DNA of 64,000 nucleotides from Leucoraja erinacea (GCF_028641065.1 NW_026576158.1:1-64000), one strand, 5' to 3'. Counted from the stretch's first letter, positions 12,981 to 26,613 are shown. Notes: generated by a model from the letters alone, not told the origin. Translations and numbers: made by a program.

Positions 12981-14573
12981 TAAAGCACGTTCATTGAAGA
13001 AGGTTCTCGACCCGAAACGTCGCCTATTCCTTCTCTCCATAGATGTTGCCTGTCCCGCTGAGTTTCTCCAGCATATTTGTCTACCTTCATTTCGGAAGGA
13101 GATGAGCAGGAATTTCTTGACAGTGATGAATCAATAGAATTAATTGCCACAGAAGGCTTTGGAGGCCGTCAATGGATATTTTAAATCATAGATAGATAGA
13201 TAGATAAATTATTGATTAGCACCGTAGTCAGTGCTTTTGGGGGAGAAGACAAGAGATAGCACCAGGGGCCATAGTCTTAGAACAATAGGCGTTTTATTTA
13301 GGGATTCAAGACTGAGGTGAGAAAAAAAAAAACGTTTTCAACCAGAGAGTTGTGAATTTATGGAATTCCCTGCCACAGAGGGCAGTGGAGGCCAAGTCAC
13401 TGGATGGATTTAAGAGAGAGTTAGATAGAGCTCTAGGGTCTAGTGGAGTCAAGGGATATGGGGAGAAGGCAGGCACGGGTTATTAATAGGGGACGATCAG
13501 CCATGATCACAATGAATCATATTTGTGGTGCTGGCTCGAAGGGCCGAATGGCCTCCTCCTGCACCTATTTTCCATGGTCCTATTTTTCTATAGGAGGGAG
13601 AGATAGATCAGCCATGATTGTGAACGGATGATCGATGGTGAACGTGGACTGGTTGGTCCATAGTCGAAGGGGCAGATTCCATGCTGTTTCTTTCAATACA
13701 ACGGTGGCGAGGAGCCTCGCCTAAAGGCAGCAACGCAGGTTAGTGGACGTGGAGTCGAAATGTCACGATTGTAATCATGTATCGTCTTTCCGCTGACTGG
13801 ATAGCACGCAACAAGATAGTTTCCCCGTGCCTCGGTACACGTGACAATAAACTAAACTAAACTAAAACCAAGCTGAACTTTTCTTACGATTTAGCTTAAA
13901 AGAGGAGACGAGATTCTATCAAACAATTCTGTCTCTTAAATTACATTCAATATTTCCCCTTCAACTTAAACGTGTGCCCTTTAGTCTCGGACTCCCCTGC
14001 CCAAGGAGAAAGACTCTATTCCATTATAAAATATATTATCCTCTATCCTCTATAGGATAAAATATGTATATTTTATAACCCGATGTAATATCACCCCTCA
14101 GCCTTCCATGCTCACTAAGAATAAACCCAGCGCCATGTAATATCTGGTCTTAGAGCTCTAAACCAGGGAAATGGGCCCTTCGGCCTTCCCGCCACTGGTA
14201 GCCATTTTGCCCTTCTACACTGCTCCCATTCTGCCGCATTTGGGAGCATCAGGCCGCATCCTCTACGTCCATCCTGAAGAATGGTCTCGACCCAAAATTC
14301 ACCCATTCCTTCTCCCCAGAGATGCTGCCCGACCCGCTCAGTTCCTCCAGATTTTTGTATCTATTTTCGGTTTAAACCAGCATCTGCAGTTCCCTTTCAC
14401 GCTTCCTTCTACATTTTCTCTATTCACCTATCCTTGTTAGATGTATGTTGTCACGGATGACGCCCAACCTAGGCGTCTATTTTAATGCTAACCACAGATG
14501 TAGTTCTACTATCACATATTACAATCGTTCCACCCTGTTAGATGTCTATTCCCACAGCAACATTTCTCACCTT

Positions 14574-15541
14574 AACTATGATCATCGTTTTTCTCCATTA
14601 TGTGACAGATGCAAAAGTGCAGATGGTTCTTTAACACATATTTTCTGTCTCTGTCCTCATATACAAAGATGCTGGTCTAAAATAATTAAGTGGTGTTCTG
14701 GGGTCTATGGAAAAGATATTCTCCCTGATCCAGAACAAGCACTTTTTGGATGCTCAGAGACTTCTTTGTACTTCACGTCTGAAGAACAACAAGCACTGAT
14801 GCTTGGTATGGTGGCAGCCAAGAAAATGATCCTAACAGACTGGAAATCATCTACACCCCCCTGCTTCGAAAAATGGCTCAATGAAATGATAATAATCATA
14901 CAGATGGAAAGGATACGCTTCTACAACTCCAAGGTACCAAACAACTTTTTAAGTGTTTGGGGACCATTTATCAACCATCTCAAAGTCCAATAATTTCATA
15001 ATTTCATATTATCTGCAGTGGTGTAGTCCTGTGACCTTTACTTCTGCTTTTAGAAACATAGAAACATAGAAATTAGGTGCAGGAGTAGGCCATTCGGCCC
15101 TTCGAGCCTGCACCGCCATTCAATATGATCATGGCTGATCATCCAACTCAGTATCCCGTACCTGCCTTCTCTCCATACCCCCTAATCCCCTTAGCCACAA
15201 GGGCCACATCTAACTCCCTCTTAGCCAGTTCATAGCCAATGAACTGGCCTCAACTACCCTCTGTGGCAGAGAGTTCCAGAGATTCACCACTCACTGTGTG
15301 AAAAAAACATTTGCAATGCATGACTGTGTAGCGCCATGTGGATTGTACCAATACTGTTATGTCTGGCCGCTTTGTTTTATTATTATTATTTTTTATTTAT
15401 ATTATTTTTTTTTCCTTCCTTTTTTTCCTGTTGTCTTTTTCAATTTTTATTTTTTATTTTTTTTGTTTGTTTTGTGTTGTTTAGTTAAAAAATTGTATAA
15501 AATAATAAAAAATATTAACTAGAACTATGATCATCGTTTTT
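14574..15541 (+). mobile_element. 5'-truncated Tx1/L1-clade LINE (zf-RVT CCHC region) with 19-bp TSD and nested CR1 tail
   Basis: SPLCDRCKSADGSLTHIFCLCPHIQRCW; AACTATGATCATCGTTTTT at 14574-14592 and 15523-15541; A-rich 3' end; CR1 piece at about 15050-15305. Confidence 0.8.
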
Positions 15542-15717
15542 AGATTACTTGAAGGGGTAGATCGGACCGGCGCGGAGGCCGGACTGAAGCTTGAACCCAG
15601 GACTAGATGAATAATTATCTTCTCTGACCTATGGACCCATCTCCCAAGTTGTATTATTGATAGTTTATGTCATTTTTCTAATTTATTTATTTATTTATTT
15701 AGTTTTCCTATCTATAA

Positions 15718-16220
15718 ATAGAGACAGTACAGAGGAGATTTACTAGAATGTTGCCTGGGTTTCAACAACTAAGTTACAGAGAAAGGTTGAACAAGTTAGG
15801 TCTTTATTCTCTGGAGCGCAGAAGGTTAAGGGGGGACTTGATAGAGGTCTTTAAAATGATGAGAGGGATAGACAGAGTTGATGTGGACAAGCTTTTCCCT
15901 TTGAGAATAGGGAAGATTCAAACAAGAGGACATGACTTCAGAATTAAGGGACAGACGTTTAGGGGTAACATGAGGGGGAACTTCTTTACTCAGAGAGTGG
16001 TAGCGGTGTGGAATGAGCTTCCAGTGGAAGTGGTGGAGGCAGGTTCATTGGTATCATTTAAAAATACATTGGATAGGCATATGGATGAGAAGGGAATGGA
16101 GGGTTATGGTATGAGTGCAGGCAGGTGGGACTAAGGGAAACAAGGTTGTTCGGCACGGACTTGTAGGGCCGAGATGGCCTGTTTCCGTGCTGTAATTGTT
16201 ATATGGTTATATGGTTATAT
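15718..16220 (+). mobile_element. CR1 LINE 3' fragment (second subfamily)
   Basis: ORF 15748-16134; TATATGGT tail. Confidence 0.88.
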
Positions 16221-16635
16221 GTTATAAATATAAATAAATAATTAGAGGCAATGTTAATATGTAACCGATGAAGGAGATCCCAGCTTCTTTAGTAACTGTG
16301 TCCCTGGAAACCTGGGTATTTAATATGTAACCGTTAAACAAAGTCTGTACTGGTTTGGGCTATGATATGCAGATGCCACTAATAATAATGTATTTAACCC
16401 CCCCCCCCCCCCCGACCAAAAAACAAACAAACTATGATCTTCGTAAACTAAACCTTATGCCCTCATCAAGTACCTCTGCAATGTAAATCGTTCGATTGCC
16501 ATAAAGTCGTACGGTCGTAAGTTATAGTAGATTTGGCCCATCAAGTCTATCAATCATGGCTGATCTATCTCTCCCTCGTAACCTCATTCCCCTGCCATGT
16601 ACTAATCAAGAATCTATCTATCTCTGCCTTAAAGC

Positions 16636-17720
16636 AGTGATAAGTGGGGAACCGCAATGCTCGGTGCTGGGACTGCATATATGTACAATATACATTAATG
16701 ATTTAGTTGAAGGGATTAAAAGTAACATTAGCAAATTTTCAGATGACACAAAGCTGTGTGGCAGTGGGAACTGTGAGGAAAATGCAATGAGGATGCAGGG
16801 TGACTTGGACAGGTTGGGTGAGTGGGCAGATGCATGGCAGATGAAGTTTAATGAGGATAAATGTGAGGTTAACCACTTTGGTGGCAAGAACAGGAAGGCA
16901 GATTACTATCTAAATGGCGTCAAGTTGGGAAAAGGGGGAGTACAACAGGATCTGGGGTCCTTGTACATCAGTCTATGAAAGTAAGTATGCAGGTACACCA
17001 GGCAGTGAAGAAAGCGAATGGTATGTTGGCCTATATAACAAGAGGAATCGAATATAGCAGCAAAGAGGTCCTTCTGCAGCTGTATAGAGCCCTAGTGAGA
17101 CCACACCTGGAGTATTGTGTACAGTTTTGGTCCCCTAATTTGAGGAAGGACATTCTTGCTATTGAGGAGTGCAGCGTAGGTTTACAAGGTTCATTCCCGG
17201 GATGGCGGGACTGTCATATGCTGAGAGAATGGAGCGGCTGGGCTTGTACACTCTGGAGTTTAGAAGGATGAGAGGGCATCTCATTGAAACATATACAATC
17301 GTTAAGGGCTTGGATACGCTAGAGGCAGGAACCATGATTGATTGATTTTAATGATTGATTTTCATGACCACACAGCCAGGCTGGTGGAATTTGTTCCCGA
17401 TGTTGGGGTAGTCCAGAACCAGGGGCCACAGTTTAAGAATAAGGAGGAAGCCATTTAGAACGGAGACGAGGAAACACTTTTTCTCACAGAGAGTGGTGAG
17501 TCGGTGGAATTCTCTGCCTCAGAGGGCAGTGGAGGCAGGTTCTCTGGATGCTTTCAAGAGAGAGCTAGGTAGGGCTCTTAAAAGTAGCGGAGTCAGGGGA
17601 TATGAGGAGAAGGCAGGAATTGGGTACTGATTGGGGATGATCAGCCATGATCACATTGAATGGCGGTGCTGGCTCGAAGGGCCGAATGGCCTACTTCTGC
17701 ACCTATTGTCTATTGTCTAT
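16636..17720 (+). mobile_element. CR1 LINE RT/3' fragment
   Basis: IYINDL, FSDDTKL, WQMKFNEDKCEV, LYRALVRPHLEYC motifs. Confidence 0.88.
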
Positions 17721-18324
17721 TAACCCCTTCTCTCTTCTATACTCCAGCAAGTACAGGCCCAGTGCCGGCAAACACTCAATATACGTTAAACCTACTCATA
17801 CTCAGTCCTGGGATCATTCTTCCAACCCTCCCCTGGATTCCCTCCAGAGCCAGCACATCCTTCCTCAGAAATGGTATCCAAAAATGATTATGATATTCGC
17901 AACGCTGCCTTACCAGCGACGTATAGAGCCTGTAGTTATATATTGTAATCATGTATTGTCTTTCCGCTGACTGGATAGCACCCAACAAATGGTTTGCATC
18001 GTTCCTTGTTACACGTCAACATAAAGTAAACGGAACTGAACTGATTGGACGTGGTTGTAAGCACCGCTTGAAGGGCCGGTGAAGACATGCACTCTCACAA
18101 CATTTAAGAAATTCGAAGTTGTGCACTTGAAACAAAAGTTGGCCAGGCATAGAGGCCCCACACCAAGAGAGGCCCCACAGCTTCGAAATCAAATGTACCA
18201 GTAGGAAATTGATGGATGGCACTGACACAATGGGCCGAAGGGGATGCTTCCTGTATGCATGATTCTATAAATTCCAGGTTCGACGTTGATTGGACTGAAT
18301 TATATTGATAACACATAATAACAT

Positions 18325-19100
18325 AGGAAGAGGATTTGAGTTTAGGAGCAAGGAGGCAGTTGTACAGTTGCCCAGGTGAGATCGTACCTGGAGTATTGTG
18401 TGCAATTTTGGTCTCCTAGTTTGAGGAAGGACATTCTTGCTATTGCAGGTACAGTAGGCATTGAAGAAAGCGAATGGCATGTTGGCCTTAATTAGAAGAG
18501 GAGTCGAGCAGAGGAGCAAACAGATCCTTCTGCAGTTGTATAGGGCCCCAGTGAGACCACACCTGGAGTATTGTGTGCAGTTTTGGTCCCCTAACATGAG
18601 GAAGGACATTCTTGCCATTGTGGGAGCCCAGTGTAAGTTCACCAGCTTAATTCCCGGGATGGCGGGACTGTCATATGATGAAAAAATGGGTCGACTGGGC
18701 TTCCATTCACTGAAATATACTAGGATGAGAGGGGATCTTATAGAAACATATAGAATTCTTAAAGGAGTGGACAGGCTAGATGCTTCCCGATGTTGGGAAA
18801 TCCAGAAACAGGGGTCACAGTTTAACAATTTAGGGCTGAGATGAGGAAAAACGTTTTCACCCAGAGGGTTGTGAATCTGTGTAATTTTCTGCCACAGAAG
18901 GCAGTGGAGGCCGACTCATTGGGTGTTTTCAAGAGAGAGTTAGGTTTAGTTCCCGGGTCTAAGGTATTCAAGGGTAAGGGGAAAACGCAGGAACGTGGTA
19001 CTGATTTTAGATGATCAGCCATGGTCGTATTGAATGGCGGTGCTGGCTTCAAGGGCCGAATGGCCTACTCTTGCACCTGTTTTTCTATGTTTCTTTGTTT
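18325..19100 (+). mobile_element. CR1 LINE 3' fragment(s)
   Basis: ORF 18461-18844 KKANGMLA...LEYCVQFWSP. Confidence 0.8.
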
Positions 19101-19203
19101 CTAAGGAAAGCTCTTCTTCGCACGAAGAATTGATTAAAACTCAACAAAGTTGCTGGTCGATACGGACTCGGTGGGCCGAATGGCCTGAATCCGCGCTGTA
19201 CCT

Positions 19204-19263
19204 CTAAACTACACTAAACTAAACTAAACTAAACTAAACTAAACTAAACTAAACTAAACTAAA
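19204..19263 (+). repeat. (CTAAA)n microsatellite, retroelement tail
   Basis: Directly visible pentamer repeat. Confidence 0.85.
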
Positions 19264-19929
19264 AGATAACGCGCTCGTTCACAGGTTGTCATATCTGCTC
19301 ATGACACAGGAAGTGTCTGTTCTATCCATCTAGTCGCTATCGTCTCTCGGACTAATGTTCAAAGGTTCATTTATTGTCACATATACCAATTGGTATCGTG
19401 AAATTCGAGTTGCCATTGCCATTCTGTGGCACATTAATACGAATACAACATCACATGATAATGGAGTTTAGCATTAAACATAAAAAACACAACGGCTGGG
19501 TGATTGACGGCGGGCACATATACGGTTGGCCGAAGAGCCTGTTTCCGTGCTGTACAATTCCATCGCCATCATGTTGCCCATTATATGTTGTGATCTCGTG
19601 AATTACATCCTTTATACCCAGGGATATGTTCAAACTACACATGCTGTAATTTTGAACAAAATACAACNNNNNNNNNNNNNNNNNNNNNNNNNNNNNNNNN
19701 NNNNNNNNNNNNNNNNNNNNNNNNNNNNNNNNNNNNNNNNNNNNNNNNNNNNNNNNNNNNNNNNNNNNNNNNNNNNNNNNNNNNNNNNNNNNNNNNNNNN
19801 NNNNNNNNNNNNNNNNNNNNNNNNNNNNNNNACTATGTGCTCAAAGGACCTCGATTTGGAAAGTTTACCCCAGCATGCAGGTAACATTTCACCCAGCATA
19901 TGAGTGCAGAGAATTCTACCATGATAAAG

Positions 19930-20270
19930 ACAAAAATGCGAGTGCAACTCATCGGGTCAGGCAACATCTCCGGAGAAAGGGAATAGGTGACGTTTCCGGT
20001 TGAGACCCTCCTTCAGACTGGAAGTCATAGAAGAGGGAAATTAGGGATATGAAAAGGCTCAGAACAAAGCAGAGCCGATGAGCAAGAACAGGTGGAGCCC
20101 ACAATGGTCCATAGTTGGCCGTGGAAGAAATTGAAATTAGAGAAATCAAAATAATACCGCTGCCCAAGCGAAATATGAGGTGCTGTTCCTCCAAATTGCT
20201 TGTGGCCTCACTTTGACAGTGGACAGTGGAAACATCAGCATGGGGATGGGTTGGGCAGTTAAAATGTTCA
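19930..20270 (-). mobile_element. Penelope-like element fragment (GIY-YIG C-terminus plus hammerhead-like motif)
   Basis: EEQHLIFRLGS motif; minus strand CTGAAGGAGGGTCTCAACCGGAAACGTCACC. Confidence 0.6.
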
Positions 20271-21187
20271 AATGGACTGCGGGCTCAGTTGAAACAAACC
20301 ATTAGTGTAGATAAGGTTTTTTTCAAGTAATGAAAGTCATAAACGCTTGGAGAACACGGTTGCGGGCCAACACTGTATTCAGGAAACTAAAATAAATGTT
20401 GTGGTTAGAGTCATGGATTGATACAACGTGGCCCTTCGGCCCAACTTGCCCACACCAGCCAACATGTCCCAGCTACATTAGTCCCCCCTGCCCGCGTTTC
20501 GTCCATATCCCTCCAAACCTGTCCTATCCATGTGGTTCATGGCACGGTAACTTAACCGTGTGATAACTGATACCCCCCTCGTTGTTGTCTAAGAATGGAC
20601 GGGTCTGCGGCTTAGAAATGAAATTGGCTTTGCAGGCTCCCGTGCTCAGAAACACGCCTGCTTGATCTTGCAAATATTTTGTTTTCTTGATCACTGCTGC
20701 ATCCCTCCCCCCTCCCCCCCCCCTCCTTTAACTGCCACCTCGCTTCTCTAGTTTCCAGTCAGAGGCACCGTAACCGCAGTCACCTCTGTTTGCGCAAACA
20801 GACTCATTCTGCGAGCGCGTTTGCTGCAACCGCACCTCCAACGCACATCCTGCTGCCGTTGGTTGTCATGTCAACAGGTCCTCTGGTTTCAGCCGATGGC
20901 GTGTTCTTATCAGGGCGCTGTTTCTATCGAAACAACCAGCAACCTAGTTTTTAAAATGAACAGCCCAGTTGCTGGTTGATTTCACAATAATGTATTTTCG
21001 AAGAAATCCCTTGAGCCGATCCAGTCCCCAGCTCCTTAGGTACTTAAATTCAGATTGCTAATTGGAAAATAAATCTACAGCAACGGAATCGTCCTTCACT
21101 CCCCACGTTTGTAGAGGGGTTGAATCACATGACTTAGAGTCTTTGAGTCATAGTGTCATACAGCGTGGAAACAGGCCCTTTGGCTCA

Positions 21188-21784
21188 TGTTGTACAGGGT
21201 CTTGGTGAGACCATACCTGGAGTATTGCGTACAGTTTTGGTCTCCAAATCTGAGGAAGGACATTATTGCCATAGAGGGAGTGCAGAGATGGTTCACCAGA
21301 CTGATTCCTGGGATGTCAGGGCTGTCTTATGAAGAAAGACTGGATAGACTTGGTTTATACTCTCTAGAATTTAGGAGATTGAGAGGGGATCTTATAGAAA
21401 CGTACAAAATTCTTAAGGGGTTGGACAGGCTAGATGCGGGAAGATTGTTCCCGATGTTGGGGAAGTCCAGGACAAGGGGTCACAGCTTAAGGATAAGAGG
21501 GAAATCCTTTAAAACCGAGATGAGAAGAACTGTTTTCACACAGAGAGTGGTGAATCTCTGGAATTCTCTGCCACAGAGGGTAGTTGAGGCCAGTTCATTG
21601 GCTATATTTAAGAGGGAGTTAGATGTGGCCCTTGTGGCTAAGGGGATCAGTGGGTATGGAGAGAAGGCAGGTACGGGATACTGAGTTGGATGATCAGCCA
21701 TGATCATATTGAATGGCGGTGCAGGCTCGAAGGGCCGAATGGCCTACTCCTGCACCTAATTTCTATGTTTCTATGTTTCTATGT
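21188..21784 (+). mobile_element. CR1 LINE 3' fragment
   Basis: Uninterrupted C-terminal ORF 21187-21684 and TTTCTATG tail. Confidence 0.9.
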
Positions 21785-21855
21785 TGCCCACACCGATCAA
21801 CATGTCCCAGCTGCACTAGTCCCACCGGCATGCGTTCGGCCCATATCGCTCCAAA

Positions 21856-21945
21856 CAAGTCAAGTCAAGTCAAGTCAAGTCAAGTCAAGTCAAGTCAAGT
21901 CAAGTCAAGTCAAGTCAAGTCAAGTCAAGTCAAGTCAAGTCAAGT
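21856..21945 (+). repeat. (CAAGT)n microsatellite, tail of a minus-strand Rex1/Babar-like element
   Basis: About 18 perfect pentamers. Confidence 0.9.
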
Positions 21946-24900
21946 TTATTCGTCACATACACATGTGCAGTGAAATGAAAAGTGGTAATGCTCGCGGACT
22001 TGGTTTGAAAAGACAAACAAACAAACAACCAAACAAACTACAAACAGAATGGAACAGAACCACATATTCTTTTACATATTAAATATTGTGGACGGAAGGG
22101 AAAAAGGGAATAAAAAAGCAATTAAAAAAAAGCAGCCGAGTGGTTCAGTAAAGTTAGTCCCTGGTGAGATAGGAGTTCACAGTCCTAATGGCCTCTGGGA
22201 AGAAACTCCTTCTCAACCTTTCCGTTCTCACAGCATGGCAACGGAGGCGTTTGTACATGTCCTACGGATGTATGTCCTATCCATGTACCTGTCTAACAGT
22301 TTCTTGCACGTTGCGATAGTCCCTGCCTCAATTACCTCCTCTGGCAGCTCGTTCCGTACACCCACCACCCTTTGTGTGTCAAATGTGAACCCTCGGATTC
22401 ATATTTCATCGTTTCCCCCTTCACCTTAAACCTATGACCTCTGTTCCTTGATTACCCTACTCTGGGGGAAGAGACATCTGATGATTTTATACACGGCGAA
22501 CCTCTGCAAGCGGACCACACTCTTCACTCTTGACAGTGAAGATCGATTTTAGGTGCTGTATTCAGGAGAAAATAATGGGCACCAGAGCAGTTGGATTGTG
22601 AAATATGGTGCTTTATATTCAAACCATCCAGAAGATTTTCCGTGAAAACTTTTTCACCCAGAGAGTTGTGAATTCATGGAATTCCCTGCCACAGAGGGCA
22701 GTGGAGGACAAATCACTGGATTGTTTTAAGGGAGAGTTAGATAGAGCTCTAGGGGCTAGTGGAGTCAAGGGATTATGGGGAGAAGGCAGGTACGGGTTAC
22801 TGATAGGGGACGATCAGCCATGATCACAATGAATGGCGGTGCAGGCTCGAAGGGCCGAATGGCCTCCTCCTGCACCTATTTTATATGTTTCTATGTCTAT
22901 GTTTCCTGGCCTGGTGCACTGTGGAAGACTTTGGTGAGAAAGGTCAGCAAGGCGCCTCAGCACTACCTTGTTCACCATCAGCCTCCAACCTTTCCATTTT
23001 GCTCCATAATCTCTCACTAGGTTGCATGCATTCTAAATATTCGGCTGTCCATATTGCAGAAGGCTATTCTATTTGAGGAAGAGAGACGTGCAAACAACGT
23101 ACCATTAGAGATAGTATTTTTTTTATTGATAATTGAATTTAAAACAGTAACAGCGACAGCCTTTGCTCAATACAAGGTTCTCAATCTTCACTTGTAACCC
23201 AAGGTAGCACACACACTCTATCCGCGCAATGCACTGAATACATCAATGATTTGTAGCTCGGCAAACATTAATATTGGTTAAATTCACGTTTGTAATAAAA
23301 AGCTGGCAGAGTAACTCGCAAAATTCACGTTGTGAGCGACGCCTCTCTATAATTAAATGCTTATAAAATCTTTGTGCCCTCTCCTCTCCAAGGTGGAGGA
23401 GCTGCCTCGGTAGATGCCTTGCAGAAGAGTTAGACAGGCATCCCTGGCATCAAGGGGGCTTTGGAATATGCAGCTGGTAATCTGGTAGCTTCTTCACATG
23501 AGGGGGCCCCAACTTGCAGAAGAGCCCAGATTACCCTACTCTCCCTGTCCTATTCTGGGACACGAGACAATAATCCTCCAATGTAATATTTCTGCCGATC
23601 CATCCGTCTTCTTTGTTCACCAGTTCAGCCAATGTCCAATGCATCGGCAGATATCCGGTAGAAAGCTACCCCGTTGAAATGCCAGCGAGTAGGTAGCTCC
23701 GTGATACTTGAAACAACAGAGGAATTGAAGAGTGCGTTCTAACGTTCTGCTAAAGGGTTCTACTTAATAAAATAAATCCTACTTAAATATATTTCCGAGA
23801 TATTGTGAGAGAACACTTCGCTGGGCGGCACAGTGCTGTCTTGCAACGCCAGTGACCCAGGTTCTATCCTGGCTAGGGGGGGCTGTCTGTACGGACATAC
23901 ACTCAACTGACGATTAGGGTGAAAGGGGAGATGCAACGAGACCTGGGTGTCATGGTTATTGAGAGGCACTGGTGAGGAGGCAGTATTAAAGCGAATGGTG
24001 TTAGCATTCATAGAAAAGGATTTGAGTCTAGGATAGCTTCTAGACAGACAGGGTCTGGTGCGACCCTTAGGATTGTACAATTTTCCTGCCTTTGTTCCGG
24101 GTACAGAGTCACGCAGACGACCCCTGATGTCAGGAGTGTGGAAAGACTGGAGTTCTTGTATCGCAAACAGGAGAGCGGGGGAATCTTATAGCTACACTAG
24201 TACCAAGGTAGATCAGGAAGATTGTTCTGCTGTTGGGAAGTCAGACGAGGGATCACTGTTTAAGATAACTGAAAATTCTTTTTGGATATGATCATTGGAG
24301 TGGTTGAATCTGTGAAGGGTTCAGGCCTTGCAGATGGCTATATTTAAGAGGGATTTAGATGTGGCCCTTGTGGCTAAAGGTATTCACTAGACGGCAGGTA
24401 AAGGATACTAGAATGAATCAAGCCATATCCTATGACGGTGGTTCAGTGAATGGGCCGGAAGGAATACTCCCAACATTTACTATGGTCTTAACCGGGCCTT
24501 TCACAGGCTGTCTTACAACGCCAGTGACCCCCAAGTTCGATCCCAGCGACGGGTGCTGTTGGTCGACATTGAGCTTTCACCCGTGTGACCCGCGTGGGTT
24601 TTCGCCGGGTGCTCCGGTTTCCCCTCCCACAGACCAATGGACGGCGGGCTTGAAGGTTAATTGGCTTCTGTAAATTGGCCTTGGACTACATAATAAAACT
24701 GGCATCGGGGTGTTTGTTGCTCGGCATGGACAGGGTGGGCCGAAGGGCCTGTTTCCAGACTATATATTGCAGCTAAACCAAAGAAAGTGCGAGCACAGTT
24801 GATTTAATGGCTTTCTTTATAGCAGTAACATTATTTTGTCCAAGCAGGATATATAAACTCCACACATGTATCGCGTGAATGTGATAAGCGATTTAAAACA

Positions 24901-25226
24901 CGATTTCCACCGGTCTAAGCACTACAAGATGAAGCCGGACATTACGTACGTTCAGCTATGACGCATCTAATTAATTTGCCGGGTATAAGATATTAGACAA
25001 CTGCAACACAAGAACTTGAATAACTAAAATGGCTCGAGTGTAATCATGTGTCGTCTTTCTGCTGACTGGATACCACGCAACAAAAGCTTTTCACTGTACC
25101 TCGGTCACTGTGGCAATAAACTAAACGGACACTGATACAACATTACCCAGTGATATAAAACTAAAGCTTTCCAAACTATGATACCCGGTTTTTAAAATCT
25201 TCTGTATTAAACGGACACGGAATTAC

Positions 25227-25398
25227 CCCGGGAAAAGTTTAGCCGCGTTCAAAATCGAACTGGCGCGAAGGCGCGTCTTTGGTGCCGGATGTGAGGTCTC
25301 CGGAACCGATTTCCCAATTGTTTCTGTTGACGCCACGAGTCCACTCTGGCGGAGCGAAGTCTTCTTCGGGGAAGATGCACTCGCGCGATGACTGGAGC
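25227..25398 (-). other. Putative non-coding 3'-UTR exon of TCR C-delta
   Basis: Strong acceptor tctccctcttccccttccag|G at 25399-25400 in unique sequence downstream of the TM-exon donor; possible donor GG|gtaatt at 25226. Confidence 0.45.
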
Positions 25399-26456
25399 CT
25401 GGAAGGGGAAGAGGGAGACGTTGCAACGAATTAGAAGGAAGTTCAATTAAAGAGATGCAAACTTTTTTGACACAGAGAGTGGCGAATCTCTGGGATTCTC
25501 TGCCACAGTAGGTAGTCGAGGCCACAGTTCATTGATAGATAGATAGATAGATATATAAGCCATTTATTGTCACTATACATGTACAATAAAATTAAAAGCT
25601 GCTCGTACTCAGTGCATACATATAATTTAGTACAAAAAACAAGAAACAGAAAACAAAAATAGAAGGGAGAAGGGGGGGGGGGGGGGGATAGGTGCACAAT
25701 TCTGCGGCGCTATATACATATATACAGATGGAAGTCCGGGTGCTGGGTTGTGAAGTCAGTGCATGTGTGAATTTGAATTAAGAGTAGTTATAATTTTCGG
25801 AAAACAACTATTCCTGAGTCTATTTGTCCTGGATTTGATGCACCTATAGCGCCTTTCAGAGGGCAGCAGGTCGAACAGTCCAAACGCAGAATGGGAGCTG
25901 TCTTTGATGATATTCTTTGCCCTGCTAAGGCAGCGGGTGGTGTAGATATCCATCAGGGAGGGGAGAGGGCAACCAATGATCTGTGCTGTCCTAGTTACCC
26001 TCTGAAGCCTCTCCCTGCTATATTTAAGAGGGAGTTAGATGTGGCCCTTGTGGCTAAAGGGATCATGGGGTATGGAGAGAAGGCAGGTACGGGATACTGA
26101 GGTGGATGATCAGCCATGATCATATTGAATGGCGTTGCAGGCTCGAAGGGCGGAATGGCCAACTCCTGCACAAATTTTCTATGTTTCTATGTTTCTATGT
26201 TTCTCAATCTCGTTACTTTCCATCTGCCGTGAGTTCTATTCCCACACAGACTGTGCCGTCGGCCAGGATTGAATGCCGGAGTAGCGAGGCAGTGTTAGGT
26301 CCGCCACTGTTTGGGACTGCAGCCCAACCTCTTGCTGCTCTTAGATTCAAACAATGTGTAGTCTACTTTCCTACGTAGCTCCACATTATGTTATCCCAAG
26401 TTCCAAGGCTTCGTCCATTATATGTCTTTAAGAAAGAACTGCAGATGCTGGAAAGT

Positions 26457-26613
26457 CGAAGGTACACAAAAATGCTGGAGAAACTCAGCGGGTGCAGCAG
26501 CATCTATGGAGCGAAGGAAATAGGCAACGTTTCGGCCCGAAACGTTGCCTATTTCCTTCGTTCCATAGATGCTGCTGCACCCGCTGAGTTTCTCCAGCAT
26601 TTTTGTCTCCCTT
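26457..26613. repeat. Near-perfect palindrome of Penelope-derived sequence
   Basis: aaaaatgctggagaaactcagcgggtgcagcagcatctatgga...aacgtttcgg followed by its reverse complement. Confidence 0.85.

Noticed and set aside
14445-14993. 182-aa ORF as a host gene
   Set aside because: C-terminal zinc-knuckle region of a Tx1/L1 LINE bounded by a TSD
21856-21945. Regular repeat as a CRISPR-like array
   Set aside because: Simple (CAAGT)n microsatellite without spacers; eukaryotic retroelement tail
23850-24490. Unusual mosaic sequence
   Set aside because: Heavily deleted CR1 copy or low-quality consensus; same motif order as CR1
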